Made by a program: the position numbers and the translations under genes. From Azolla caroliniana (Eukaryota > Plantae > Polypodiophyta), in the NCBI GenBank assembly GCA_043228905.1, contig JBHGNT010000015.1:15934001-15998000 (forward strand): a stretch of DNA of 64,000 bases, written 5' to 3'. Positions within the stretch are counted from its first letter, which is position 1. Every line of letters starts with the position of its first letter. A model generated the notes under the pieces. It did no database searches. It was given only the letters and a program-made list of their open reading frames with translations, and was not told the origin of the DNA. Below are positions 35,601 to 47,355 of the stretch, piece after piece.

Positions 35601-38600
35601 GAAAATTAAAAGTAAGAAATTTGTTATCCAATTGATGTATCAATCTTGTTCTTCAAATCTAAAGTCAAGAGTTCAATCTTAATCTCTCTCAATCTAAAGT
35701 CAAGCGTTCTATCTTATCTCAATCTCTCTCTCTTTTTCAATCTATCTTAATTCCTTTCTTGCTAAAGCTAGTGCAAACTTCGAGTCCTTCCAGTCCAGAA
35801 CCCCGGCGGTTCCGCCTCACGATCCGCACGTAGTGACGGATCTTCACGACATAATTAAGTGGTGAACCCAACGTGAAAGAGGCGGTAGGAAGGATCAAGT
35901 CGAGGATCAACTGATACTTGGAGATGGCATCCTCAAGCAATCAAGCGGGAGAGTTCAAAAGGTTGATGTTGATCGTCGAACAAATGATGAGATCTCGGGA
36001 CAACGATGCGAGCGTGAAGAAGGCCATCGACCGTGTCGTTGAGCTCGAGGGTCAATTTGATGGAAGGAACATTACAAAGTTCCTTGATGCATACAAAAGG
36101 GAGATGAATCAGAGGTCAAATCACAAGTTTCAAGAGTGGTCGCCAACAACACCCAAAAGCGCGTCATCGAAGAAAGGAAGACAACATGGTCGGAGTTCAA
36201 GAAAGCAATATTAGCGGAGTTCGCGATAAAAGATTTGTCGAGGATGACTCGACATACCTTGATAAAGTGGATAGAAAAGAAGAATAAGAGGATGAGCACT
36301 TCAAGGGTGTATGACGAGTTCGACCAAATGTTTCGTCGTCCCCCCGCCACAGACCAAGTGCTACTTGAGGAGGGCAAAACTTTGTACTTCCTAAAAGTTG
36401 TGGATATGAAGGATAGACTAGAACTGGGTACTCTCCTTGAAGATGATACCCAAGCGAACGAGCTTGTGGCAGACTGGGTTGCGGTGAAGCGGGCATGCAA
36501 TAGGCTCAACAAGCGTCGTTAGTGGGTTGATGACACCAACTTGGCAGGATCGACTGTCGTGGAGAAAACAAGACAACTGAAAGTAGCTGAGCTGCCCAAA
36601 CAAAGCAGCCCAGAAGAAAAGAAGATTGATGATGACATCATCGAAGAACTAGCGAAGAAGTTCAAGATGGTTACGCTATCCAACATGAATCGTCGGGGCC
36701 CCAAAGGAAAAGAACCGTTTAGATGCATGTGGTGTGATAGCATGAACCACATGAGAAGGGATTGCGTGAGCCTTTGAGATGCCATTCGACAAAATATCGT
36801 ATACATGGATGGCAACATGATCTGCACGAGTGAGACTAGAAGACCCCTGCGGGTGAATTTCGGAAGAGGGGGAATGAAGAAATCTATGGAAGATGTTGAG
36901 GCAACTCATGTGGATGCGATGCACTATGCTACATCGGCTGGAATTAGAGTTGGAAAAGATAAAAATGAAGTTGCTAGAACGGGAACAAAGTTTTGTTCTA
37001 CCGTTGTCAAGTATGAGAAGAAAGGAAAAGTCACTTCGAATGAGGTAGAGCTTGCGGATCAAAGTGTACAAAGTATAACCGGATGTTCGGATCCTGTGGA
37101 TGACAACACCATACTCACTGAAATGACGTACGACAACCATGAGGTGTTCGTTGAAGAAAAGAGAAAAAGAATAGAAGAGCAAGGCCCATCAAAAAGACAT
37201 GAAACAAGGAACGCGAAAAAGAAGGAAGATGCGGAAACGAGTCGAGCTTTACAAACGGAGGAACGAGAATCAAGCTGAGAAGGGGAGTCAAGCAAACGAG
37301 TCAAAGAAATGGTGCAGCCCGTGAAGGTTGGTGTCTATGACCCCGCTCGGAAGACAAGAACTATGCCTACCTATAAACTAAAGTCGGACATAGAACAAAT
37401 GACAGACTTGAAGAAGATTCTCGAGGAACGTGTTCTTGATAGCCACGTGACCTTGTCCTTGAGGAAATTTCTTGGCATTACGGAGTTCCATGATATGATT
37501 TTAGATCTCATAAAGAGAAAGAGGCAACAGTAGGACGAAGAAGAAGAGAAGCTACTAAAAGCAAAAGTGAATGCCATAACGATGGCAAGAGACGAAATCG
37601 AGGAAGATATGGTGGACAGACACTATACTCAGCTTCATTGGGCTCGAGCAACGACGGAGACGGAAGTCAAGTTGGGGGAAAGAAAAGAGACAGTCGTAGC
37701 GTTAATAGACTATGGGTCCGAAATCAACCTTATGTCAACTTAGGTCTACAGGAAGGGAAGATGGCCCATAAATACAAATCATGGGTGGAAGATCTGTGCT
37801 GCTACGAAAGCTACCGAAGACTTGTATGGGGCATGTCCTAACATCCGCATCACAATTGGCGATGTCGAGATAAATCAACATTTTTTTGTTCAAGACTCGG
37901 CGTCCCATCCCATCATTCATGGGCAACCATACATAACATCATCACGGATGGAAACCAAAGTGTTCGACAATGGTTCGGCATTCTCTCGAGTTAGGAGTCT
38001 TGATGGGAAGAAGGTCGTACAATTCTTGAGTGTACGTGCCAACCATGAAAGGAATCAGGATCATCTCAGAGGAGATGCTTCGGATTTTCAGAGCGGACTA
38101 TTGAAGCATGGGGCACAAATAGTCCGAGCAATCACAAGTCCCCACAAGAAAATAGAGCACGTGGATTGCAAGGAGAAGCAACATGTGTCACACCTAGTGG
38201 CGCATGTAAACTAGTACTACCCAACAAAAAGGACAAGCGTCGGATACAAGACTTCCAGAAGATGCTGAAAGAAGAAAACATAATAGAAGAAGAAGAATTC
38301 GTGACTCATATTATGGAAGAAGATGGAAACCAAAGTGTTCGACAATGGTTCCGCATTCGCTCGAGTTAGGAGTCTTGATGGGAAGAAAGTCGTACAATTC
38401 TTGAGTGTACGTGCCAACCATGAAAGGAATCAGGATCATCTTAGAGAAGATGCTTCGGATTTTCAGAGCGGACTATTGAAACATGGGGCACAAATAGTTC
38501 GAGCAATCACAAATCCCCACAAGAAAATAGAGCATGTGGATTGCAAGGAGAAGCAACATGTGTCACACCTAGTGACACATGTAAACTAGTACTACCCAAC

Positions 38601-39290
38601 AAAAAGGACAAGCGTCGGATACAAGACTTCCAGAAGATGCTGAAAGAAGAAAACATAATAGAAGAAGAAGAATTCGTGACTCATATTATGGAAGAAGATG
38701 GAAACCAAAGTGTTCGACAATGGTTCCGCATTCGCTCGAGTTAGGAGTCTTGATGGGAAGAAAGTCGTACAATTCTTGAGTGTACGTGCCAACCATGAAA
38801 GGAATCAGGATCATCTTAGAGAAGATGCTTCGGATTTTCAGAGCGGGCTTATTATAGATCTTGGTACTAACGTAAGCTTAAGATCAGGATAATGAAAAGA
38901 TAGATAGAAAGGAGAAAGAGAAAGAAGGGTGCCGATCCACCCGACCACCCCCGAGCGAAGGGATCGAGACGGACTCGAGCCTCGATCGGCGTCCCATACC
39001 ACCGCCGTGGCGTCGAGTCGTACCTGGTGCTGGCGCGCTCGCTACAAGAGTTGACCCACCACACGAGCAGAGTCTCGATGTAGTCAAAAGATGATCAAAT
39101 GAGGGTAGCTAGTCCTCTTATTTATAGCGAAACCCAAGGCCCCCAGGCAAGTTCACACTTGACCTAATGGGTTGTCTCAATCCCGAGGATTAAAAGTAAT
39201 CCTCCCCTTCTTTACACTCTCATTTAACCCTCACACTTATCCACGTGTATAGAATACTACGGTAAATTCTTACCACGGGATATTATATGG

Positions 39291-42200
39291 TCATGCCCGT
39301 AACATACTCCCCCTCTTTAAAACATTGCACTCTTGCAATGGAAAGTTAGGGAAGTTAGTTCTAAGAGTATTTTCGCGTTCCCATGTGGCATCTTTTATTG
39401 ATTTATCCATCCATTTTATTTTGAATTCTCGGATTTCTTTAGTACGTAATTTTTTTGTTTTAACATCGAGAATTCTTTCTGGTACATGTGGTTTAGAAGA
39501 TAATTCTTCAGAAGTAACCAGAGTTTCAGTCGTAACTGTATTGTCGCCAGAACGTAGAAGTTCTTTTAGACGACTCACATGAAAGACTGGATGAATTCCG
39601 ACACCATCGGGAAGAGCGAGACGATAGGCTGATGACCCAATGCGTTTGAGGACTGTAAAAGGTCCACAAAACCGTGGGGCTAACTTAGCGCACTTACCCG
39701 TAGACAATGTCTTAGAATTGTGAGGTACACGTAAAAATACCTTCTGTCCAGGGTTGAATACACGAGGTTGCCTATGATGATCGGCATAAAAACGCGCTCT
39801 ATCTTGAGCTGTTTTTATATTATCTCGTGCAATATGCAACATATCTTGCATATCCCGAAGAAAGTTTTGCGTACTTCGCAACTCATCATGATGTATATTA
39901 ACATCAATCGGGGCTCGTGGCTGAAAACCATACATCAACATAAAAGAACTATATCCCGTCGACGTATGCTTGGAGTTGTTATAAGCAAACTCCAAAATTG
40001 GGAGATAACGTTCCCATTTTGTTGGTTTTGCACCAACGTATGCTCGAAGCATGTCCTCAATAATTTGATTTACTCGTTCTGTCTGTCCATCGGATTGAGG
40101 ATGATCCGTGGAGCTCATGCTCAACGTAGTTTCTAACTTCTTAAAGACTTGTGTCCAGAAGTCACTAGTAAACTTTGGATCTCGATCACTCACGATATCC
40201 ATCGGTAACCCATAAAAACGAAACAATTCGTCAACAAATTGGTAAGCCAATTCAGGAGCTGTTACCGTGGTTTTAGTAGCAATAAATCTGGCCATTTTAG
40301 TTAGTCGATCAACGACAACCCAGATGGCATCATGACCTTTTTGGGTGCGAGGAAGGCTAACAATAAAATCCATGGATATACTTTCCCACTTATTATTGGG
40401 AATGTCCAAGGGATGTAAAAGTCCTGCGGCTTTAAGTCGCTCGACTTTGTTAACCTGACACTGGTGACATTTAGTCACATAGCTATGTATGTCAGGACGC
40501 ATCTTAGGCCAATAAAATTGAGTGGAGATGAGAACGAGTGTACGATGTATTCCAGGGTGCCCTGCTGAGGGTGCATCATGGCATTCAAAAAGAATCCTCT
40601 TTTTGACCTCGGGTAAATCTGGAACACAAACCTTCCCATTACGGTAGAGCAAACCGTTAGCAATGTGGAAGTATTCCTTCAAGGATGTGGTGGTGTCTGT
40701 TCCAGACTCAACTCTAGCCCAGTATTTTGCGAAATAACTGTCATCAGGATACTTTCCTTGAAGGTGATCATAAAGATCTGATGATATTTCAGTGAAGCTA
40801 AGCGTGTTAACTTCACGGATGCGACTTAGTGCATCAGCGACAATGTTCATGGAACCTTTACGATATCGTATGGAAAAATCAAAGTCCTGGATGAGATCAG
40901 CCCATCGTGCCTTACGACCTTTCAGGTCTTGTTGGTCACAAAAATATTTCAAGGACTCGTGGTCCGTAGTTACCACAAAGTGATTTCCATAAAGATAATG
41001 GCGCCATGTTTTGAGCGCATGTATAACTGCAAATAATTCCTTTTCTTGAACGGTATACCGACATTGAGCAGAATCAAGTTTCTTACTCTCGAATGCTATT
41101 GGTTTACCATCTTGATACAAGACAGCACCTATAGCATAATCGCTTGCATCGGTTTCAACCTCAAAAGGTTTTGAAGGATCAGGTAAAAGAAGTGAAGGAG
41201 CCTTGCAAACTAGGTCCTTGAGTTCCTTAAATGCAAGGTCTAGTGTAGCATTCCACACAATAGGTTTTGTAGACTTACGCGTTTGACCTTTTAAAAGATC
41301 AGTAAACGGCATCGTCAATTGGGAGTAATTACGAAGAGACTTTCGCAAAAACCCCACAAAACCAAGGAATGATCGAACTTCTCGAATATTCCGAAGAGTG
41401 GGCCAATGCTTGATTTTCTCAATGCGAGAAGGATCAATTTCAACTCCTCGTTCGGTTATGAGATGTCCTAGATAAGTAATTGATTTCTTGAAGAACTCAC
41501 ATTTTGAGATCTTCGCATAAAACTGTTTGTCACGCAATGTTTGTAAAACAAAGCGGACATGTCTAGCATGTTCTTGTAATGTACGGCTATAAACTAAAAT
41601 ATCATCCAAGAAAATAACGACAAATTTTCCAAGTTGTTCTCGGAAAATGTCATTCATTTCTTGTTGAAAAGTAACCGGAGCATTGGTCAAACCAAAAGGC
41701 ATAACCAAAAACTCGTAATGGCCATAGCGCGTACGAAATGTCGTTTTAGGAACATCGTCCTCACTTATTCGTATTTGATGGTAGCCAGTACGGAGATCAA
41801 GTTTCGTAAAATACCGAGCTCCCTGGAGACGGTCAATTAGATCGTCAGCCCGGGGCAATGGATACGAATTCTTGATCGTCACTTTATTCAAGCGTCGGTA
41901 ATTAATACACATACGCCATGTGCCCTCTTTCTTTTTAACCAAGAGAACTGGTGCACCCCATGGAGATTTACTATAACGTATATAACCCATTCGTAAATAG
42001 TCCTTGAGTTGCTTAGATACCTCATCTTCTTCGGATCGACTTAAGCGATACGGAGGTATACTTATTGGTGCAACACCAGGTACAATATCTATACGATGGT
42101 CTATATTACGTTTAGGAGGTAACCCATCAGGTAGTTCACTTGGAAAAACATCATGAAAATCATTTAAGATTTCATCAAGTTGTTGTTGTTCAAAATATGT

Positions 42201-42464
42201 TAATTGAATCGGGACATTATCGATATTGTAAACGTGAATGTCCGGATCAAGTACACAATAAAATAACGTAGAACAAAACAACTCGGATATTGATGGACAC
42301 GAGGAAACAATCGAGAGGGATTGTTTTTTTACACATTGAATAAAATGCGTACAATCGTTCAGTACAAAAGAAATGGAATGACGAACCCAATCAATAAATA
42401 AAGAAGAGTTTTTATTATAAAACCAGGGATAACCTAGTATTACATCGGTGGTACAAAGATTCAT
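39291..42464 (-). CDS. Chromovirus pol: RT, RNase H, integrase, chromodomain
   Basis: 1057-aa open frame: [80 protein letters not shown]. Runs 14 nt into the 3' LTR. Confidence 0.93.
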   Translation of the reverse strand: MNLCTTDVILGYPWFYNKNSSLFIDWVRHSISFVLNDCTHFIQCVKKQSLSIVSSCPSISELFCSTLFYCVLDPDIHVYNIDNVPIQLTYFEQQQLDEILNDFHDVFPSELPDGLPPKRNIDHRIDIVPGVAPISIPPYRLSRSEEDEVSKQLKDYLRMGYIRYSKSPWGAPVLLVKKKEGTWRMCINYRRLNKVTIKNSYPLPRADDLIDRLQGARYFTKLDLRTGYHQIRISEDDVPKTTFRTRYGHYEFLVMPFGLTNAPVTFQQEMNDIFREQLGKFVVIFLDDILVYSRTLQEHARHVRFVLQTLRDKQFYAKISKCEFFKKSITYLGHLITERGVEIDPSRIEKIKHWPTLRNIREVRSFLGFVGFLRKSLRNYSQLTMPFTDLLKGQTRKSTKPIVWNATLDLAFKELKDLVCKAPSLLLPDPSKPFEVETDASDYAIGAVLYQDGKPIAFESKKLDSAQCRYTVQEKELFAVIHALKTWRHYLYGNHFVVTTDHESLKYFCDQQDLKGRKARWADLIQDFDFSIRYRKGSMNIVADALSRIREVNTLSFTEISSDLYDHLQGKYPDDSYFAKYWARVESGTDTTTSLKEYFHIANGLLYRNGKVCVPDLPEVKKRILFECHDAPSAGHPGIHRTLVLISTQFYWPKMRPDIHSYVTKCHQCQVNKVERLKAAGLLHPLDIPNNKWESISMDFIVSLPRTQKGHDAIWVVVDRLTKMARFIATKTTVTAPELAYQFVDELFRFYGLPMDIVSDRDPKFTSDFWTQVFKKLETTLSMSSTDHPQSDGQTERVNQIIEDMLRAYVGAKPTKWERYLPILEFAYNNSKHTSTGYSSFMLMYGFQPRAPIDVNIHHDELRSTQNFLRDMQDMLHIARDNIKTAQDRARFYADHHRQPRVFNPGQKVFLRVPHNSKTLSTGKCAKLAPRFCGPFTVLKRIGSSAYRLALPDGVGIHPVFHVSRLKELLRSGDNTVTTETLVTSEELSSKPHVPERILDVKTKKLRTKEIREFKIKWMDKSIKDATWERENTLRTNFPNFPLQECNVLKRGSMLRA

Positions 42465-42469
42465 TACAT

Positions 42470-43724
42470 GGAAGTCTACTTCCTCTATATAAGTATCAAT
42501 AGAAATTCCTAATGAATGAATCGCCCCGTTGATGTATTGTACTCTTCAATCAGCCAAGTGCACCGTGTAGGTGTGATCACTTACGGTGGGTTGGATTCCC
42601 TATATCTGAACCAAACGATCATTCACAAAATTGTGTGAGCTTCCCGAATCAAATAAAAACTGTACGGGAGATCCATTGATATACCCGTTTGCACGTAGTA
42701 AATCATTGGGACCCAATACATAGTGAGGGAAAGAACATTGACAATTACTTAAATGATGTGTATAGACCTGAAGGACATTAGGAATCTGACCTTTATGGTC
42801 TGCAGCTTTAGCTTTGTTGTCGTGCTCTTTCCGTTGGAGCTTTCGACATTGATCTTTTGTATGACCCTTCTTTTTGCAGAATACACAAAAAGGATGTTGT
42901 CGCTTACAATCGCGATCCAGGAATTCGTTGGGTGTCTTGCGTTTCCCAACAAATTGCGACTGCTTAGTCCCGGGCGCTTCGTTGGGTTTGTTATGGTCCT
43001 TCTTCGAACTGCGTTGATAGTGAAGAACTATTTCAACGGCCTCTTCGAAGGATTTTGGATCCTTATCGTGCACTATCCAGTGATAGTCCGAATTGGGGAT
43101 GCCATTGACAAAACAAGCTATCAACCAATTGTCCCCTTCTAGACCCGATTTTTGGATTTGGGTTCTAGCATGGTGAACATAGTCTTCTAGCGAGGAAAAT
43201 TTCCTGCTAGAGAGGTTCATTAAAGCTTGTGCTGCCTCGGTTCGAGAGGGAGGTTGCAGAAATTGGCCCTTAAAAACCGTGACAAAATCTGTCCAGGTAT
43301 CAGGCAATTTCCCCATAGTACGGAGGCCACGCCATCAGGCGGCGGCCTTACCCCCGAGTTCTCGGCCGACATATGCAATCTTCGTACTATCTGGCGTGGG
43401 ATAGAGCTCAAAATGAGACTCCCATCGTCCCAGCCATGTGCATATTGCTTCTTCGGTTCTTTCCTTTTTGTCTCCCGTAAATGGCTTAACGACAAATGAT
43501 GGTTCACCTTGTCGCTCATCAGGTCTATTAGTCTCACGTTGTAGACTAATGACACGTGCCTCAAGAGCACTCTGAGATTGCCGAAGTTCGGTCATCTGTT
43601 GAGCGGTGAAACTAAGGTATTGGGTTATTTGTGCCAAATACATCTCAGTGGACATTTGTCCAGGAGGATTCCCTTGAGTTCCTTCCGCTTGAGCGGATGA
43701 CATCGGGTCGTTAATTTGAGCCAT
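42470..43724 (-). pseudogene. Chromovirus gag-protease with nonsense stops
   Basis: Capsid-like region, CVFCKKKGHTKDQC zinc knuckle, LFDSGSSHNF protease; in-frame stops at 43335, 42600 and ~42547. Confidence 0.85.
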
Positions 43725-44902
43725 TAAAGATTATTTCTGGAAAAGAAATAGGATAAGGTCAGAGATATAGTCATAACATCATGTCGTGATGTAAACATAT
43801 CATGGGCGAGCATCAATCGATATCATTATCTCACGTCAATACCCCTCTAGACGTATGAGATGAGGTTCAAGATCAGGTTACTATGGTAACACAAAGGTGT
43901 TTTAAAAACCATGGGGGTGACAAATAAATGTCTTTCCCTGATCTCTATATCAATTTTTTCATGGTGGCTCCCCGAGGCTCAACCATGTATGTTCGCGTCA
44001 TGAATAGTTTATACACGAAAAAAAATGTTAACAATAAACTATGTTTCGGTGCCCACATAAGTGGTTTCGGCTCTTTAAGTCCTATTACGAGGACCCCGAG
44101 GTGCACTTAGACCTTAAGTCTAAACATGTGTTATAGTCATATGTATCAAGGATGTTGTATGGTCTTGGTCATATTTGAACTCGAGACCTCGAGAACAAAT
44201 ACATTAAACACTTGAGCCAACCAAGTAAGTTGCTCTTCTCGAATGCTTAATGTTTGATGCGTATAAGAGATTTGCGAGGCAATTGATCATATATGTTTTT
44301 TTAAAAGAACATATATGTCAAGGTCCTTATTTCGCCCTCATTTACCAAAACTATGTTGATACGTTACCTAACCTCAAGTCTCGTAATTACGATGGCATAT
44401 GCCAAAGGGCAACCTAATGGTCAAGCCAAATGAGCCCTCGTTTCGTAGTAGGCTCACATGGGCCATCACATGGTCACGTCATTACGAATGCCTCTCGTAA
44501 GAACGAGCTCATGGTGGCATCGTATCCATGTAACGAGGGAGGGATGTTGGATACGTGCGTCATTGGAGCGACCTCACTTGAAGTGGGTCAAGCCCTACGT
44601 ACTCAACATCATTTTGGCTATTCACGTTTCTTTACGTAACGAAATCGAGGTCGTCAACGGGGTTATCAACAATAAAAAAATGTTGAAAAAGGGATGGTGA
44701 CAACGCCATTCTCACAAAAATGTGAGGACGGCCACCAACATCCTTTTCCCGACAAGGACAACTTTCGATATAATCACGTAATAACGAATATACACATATG
44801 TTTACTTATCACATATATACGATCAAATACGTATATATGTGACCACATATGCCTATATTAAACATATCGTTATATTAAATAGCCACAAATGATGTGATCG
44901 AG

Positions 44903-45166
44903 ATACGTAATCGAGGTATATACCTCTACGCACACGAAACATCCACAAATAAGAGATCATCGTAATACGCAATGGAGGTATTGACCTCTTACGCATACGA
45001 GACCAAACGCATATCGTTTACAACAAATCAAGGTATTAAACTCATACGCAAACGTAACATATGTTCGTGAACGTAATACGTAATTGAGGTATTAACCTCG
45101 TACGCATACGACACTCATCACATATTATCAATATGTCAAACGAGGTATTGACCTCGTGCACATATG
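44903..45166. repeat. Array of five spaced GAGGT-N4-ACCTC hairpin motifs in the chromovirus 5' leader
   Basis: Cores at 44913, 44975, 45030 (degenerate), 45086 and 45142; periods 62, 55, 56, 56 bp with dissimilar spacers. Confidence 0.8.
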
Positions 45167-46165
45167 TAAACGTTTTAGATAATCAATTAAAGACCACTAC
45201 AACATCATTGACTTAATGAAAAAAATTACATATAAACTAAACACATGATTAGATGGGAGAAGAGAGAATAGAAAGAAAAATTATGGAAAGAGTTACCGAA
45301 GTTCTTTGTTGATCGTTGTCTGGATCAAGGCCAACCGCACAACGATCAATCAGCATCAATCAAAAGACAAATGAAAAACAAACAAACATTAGTACAAAAA
45401 TCTGATACCAAATATTATAGATCTTGGTACTAACGTAAGCTTAAGATAAGGATAATGAAAAGATAGATAGAAAGGAGAAAGAGAAAGAAGGGTGCCGATC
45501 CACCCGACCACCCCCGAGCGAAGGGATCGAGACGGACTCGAGCCTCGATCGGCGTCCCATACCACCGCCGTGGCGTCGAGTCGTACCTGGTGCTGGCGCG
45601 CTCGCTACAAGAGTTGACCCACCACACGAGCAGAGTCTCGATGTAGTCAAAAGATGATCAAATGAGGGTAGCTAGTCCTCTTATTTATAGCGAAACCCAA
45701 GGCCCCCAGGCAAGTTCACACTTGACCTAATGGGTTGTCTCAATCCCGAGGATTAAAAGTAATCCTCCCCTTCTTTACACTCTCATTTAACCCTCACACT
45801 TATCCACGTGTATAGAATACTACGGTAAATTCTTACCACGGGATATTATATGGTCATGCCCGTAACAGGACTATTGAAGCATGGGGCACAAATAGTTCGA
45901 GCAATCACAAGTCCCCACAAGAAAATAGAGCATGTGGATTGCAAGGAGAAGCAACATGTGTCACACCTAGTGACACATGTAAACTAGTACTACCCAACAA
46001 AAAGGACAAGCGTCGGATACAAGACTTCCAGAAGATGCTGAAAGAAGAAAACATAATAGAAGAAGAAGAATTCGTGACTCATATTATGGAAGAAGCCTCA
46101 TTTAACGACACCATCGGGAAAATCGAGGAAGTAGTGGACTTGAGCTATCTTCACGATCGACACGT

Positions 46166-47232
46166 TGTCATGGAGAAAACCGTCCCTAGGAGGAATTAGT
46201 GGGTAGTGTGCGTGAACCGGCCCTTACACACGAGCACATGTTTTGATGTATTTACATAGTTAAGTAAAGGTCGGCGATGTAATTATCCTAGGTAGCACGA
46301 ATTCATTAAGTAGGGGATCGAAGAGGATCTTTGTCCGGAAGGACAGAGAATAAAAGTGATGTAACAGTCTGTAACAGCTCTCTCTCCTTGTGCTATAATA
46401 GGAGAGGAAAAGGGGGAGAGTGGATGTCGCGGATTTTTGAGGACGAAGTGTTGTCGGACTGGGAACTGAGCTCTCTCCTCCACTATCGTTGTTGCTTCTG
46501 TAGGGATTCAAGTTAGGTTGGTTGCCTCTGCTGCGTGAAAACCCGTGTGCTTCTGGTAGAGGCTCCACTGCATATTTCAGCGCGTGTGTTCGTCTGTGTT
46601 CAGTCTGTCACCGGCTTGCCGGTTGTAACATTGCAAGCTCTGTAATCTATACTGTTATTGGAATTGATTCTTTCGTTTCTGTCTCTCTGTGTTTCTGCAA
46701 ATCTCTCTCCCTCTTCTCTCTCACGCTCCTCAGTTCAGGGCCTCCGCGGTCCCGCCTTATTTCATACGCAAGAGCGTAACAACATGACATAAATTTGGTG
46801 AACCCGACATGAATAAGGCGGCAGAGAAGTCGAAGATGAGGGGATCAGAGCTCGCCAAAGCCATGGCGGCAACAGTCGATTGAATAGTAAGTGCTCGCAA
46901 GGGCACGGGTGCCCTAGACAGGGTTGTTGAAGCGATTGTCGGCACAATAGCCCAGTTCAATGGGAAGGACACCACGAGTTATTTGGTGGCCTACCGAGCT
47001 GAAATGGTGATGAGGGACATCCTGGAGGAAGGGCGTCTGGTTGGGTTCCCTCGGGTGGCGAGACCGGGCATCCACGCAGAGGTGCCCGAGGTGGAGGCTG
47101 GATGCCGAACCTAGGAGAATCTGAAGCACGGCTCCTCGAAAGGTATGGGCTTGATGACGCGCTTCGGTTATCGAAGCGGGAGTTCACGGAGTGGGTGGAG
47201 ACTCCCGGAAAGGGGAGGAACGCATCAGCGCT
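46166..47232 (+). mobile_element. Gypsy LTR (46166-46789) + tRNA-Trp PBS + gag start
   Basis: TGTCATGG..ATGACA termini, PBS 46796-46813, gag FNGKDTTSYLVAYRAEM. Inverted copy at 51030-51855. Confidence 0.85.
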
Positions 47233-47355
47233 CCCGATAAGATAAGAGAGCTAAGAAGGAAAATAAAATAAAATTTGGAGAGAGAATGGAATAATCTGCC
47301 GTTCTCTCTCCAAATTTTATTTTATTTTCCTTCTTAGCTCTCTTATCTTATCGGG
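47233..47355. repeat. 57-bp near-perfect inverted repeat with 9-nt loop
   Basis: 47233-47289 is the reverse complement of 47299-47355, with one T.G wobble. Confidence 0.95.

Larger units (their letters stand above)
38850..45867 (-). mobile_element. Recent chromovirus (Ty3/gypsy with chromodomain), TSD GGGCT/GGACT
   Basis: 455-bp LTRs 38850-39304 and 45413-45867 with one visible mismatch; PBS TGGTATCAGA 45401-45410; PPT 39305-39315; TSD 38845-38849 / 45868-45872. Confidence 0.95.
37948..46095 (+). repeat. 375-bp tandem triplication in G3; the third copy is split by the chromovirus
   Basis: ATGGAAACCAAAGTGTTCGAC at 37948, 38323 and 38698; the third copy resumes at 45873. Confidence 0.92.

Noticed and set aside
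44903-45166. CRISPR array
   Set aside because: Eukaryotic retroelement context, degenerate repeats, no cas genes; kept only as a hairpin array.
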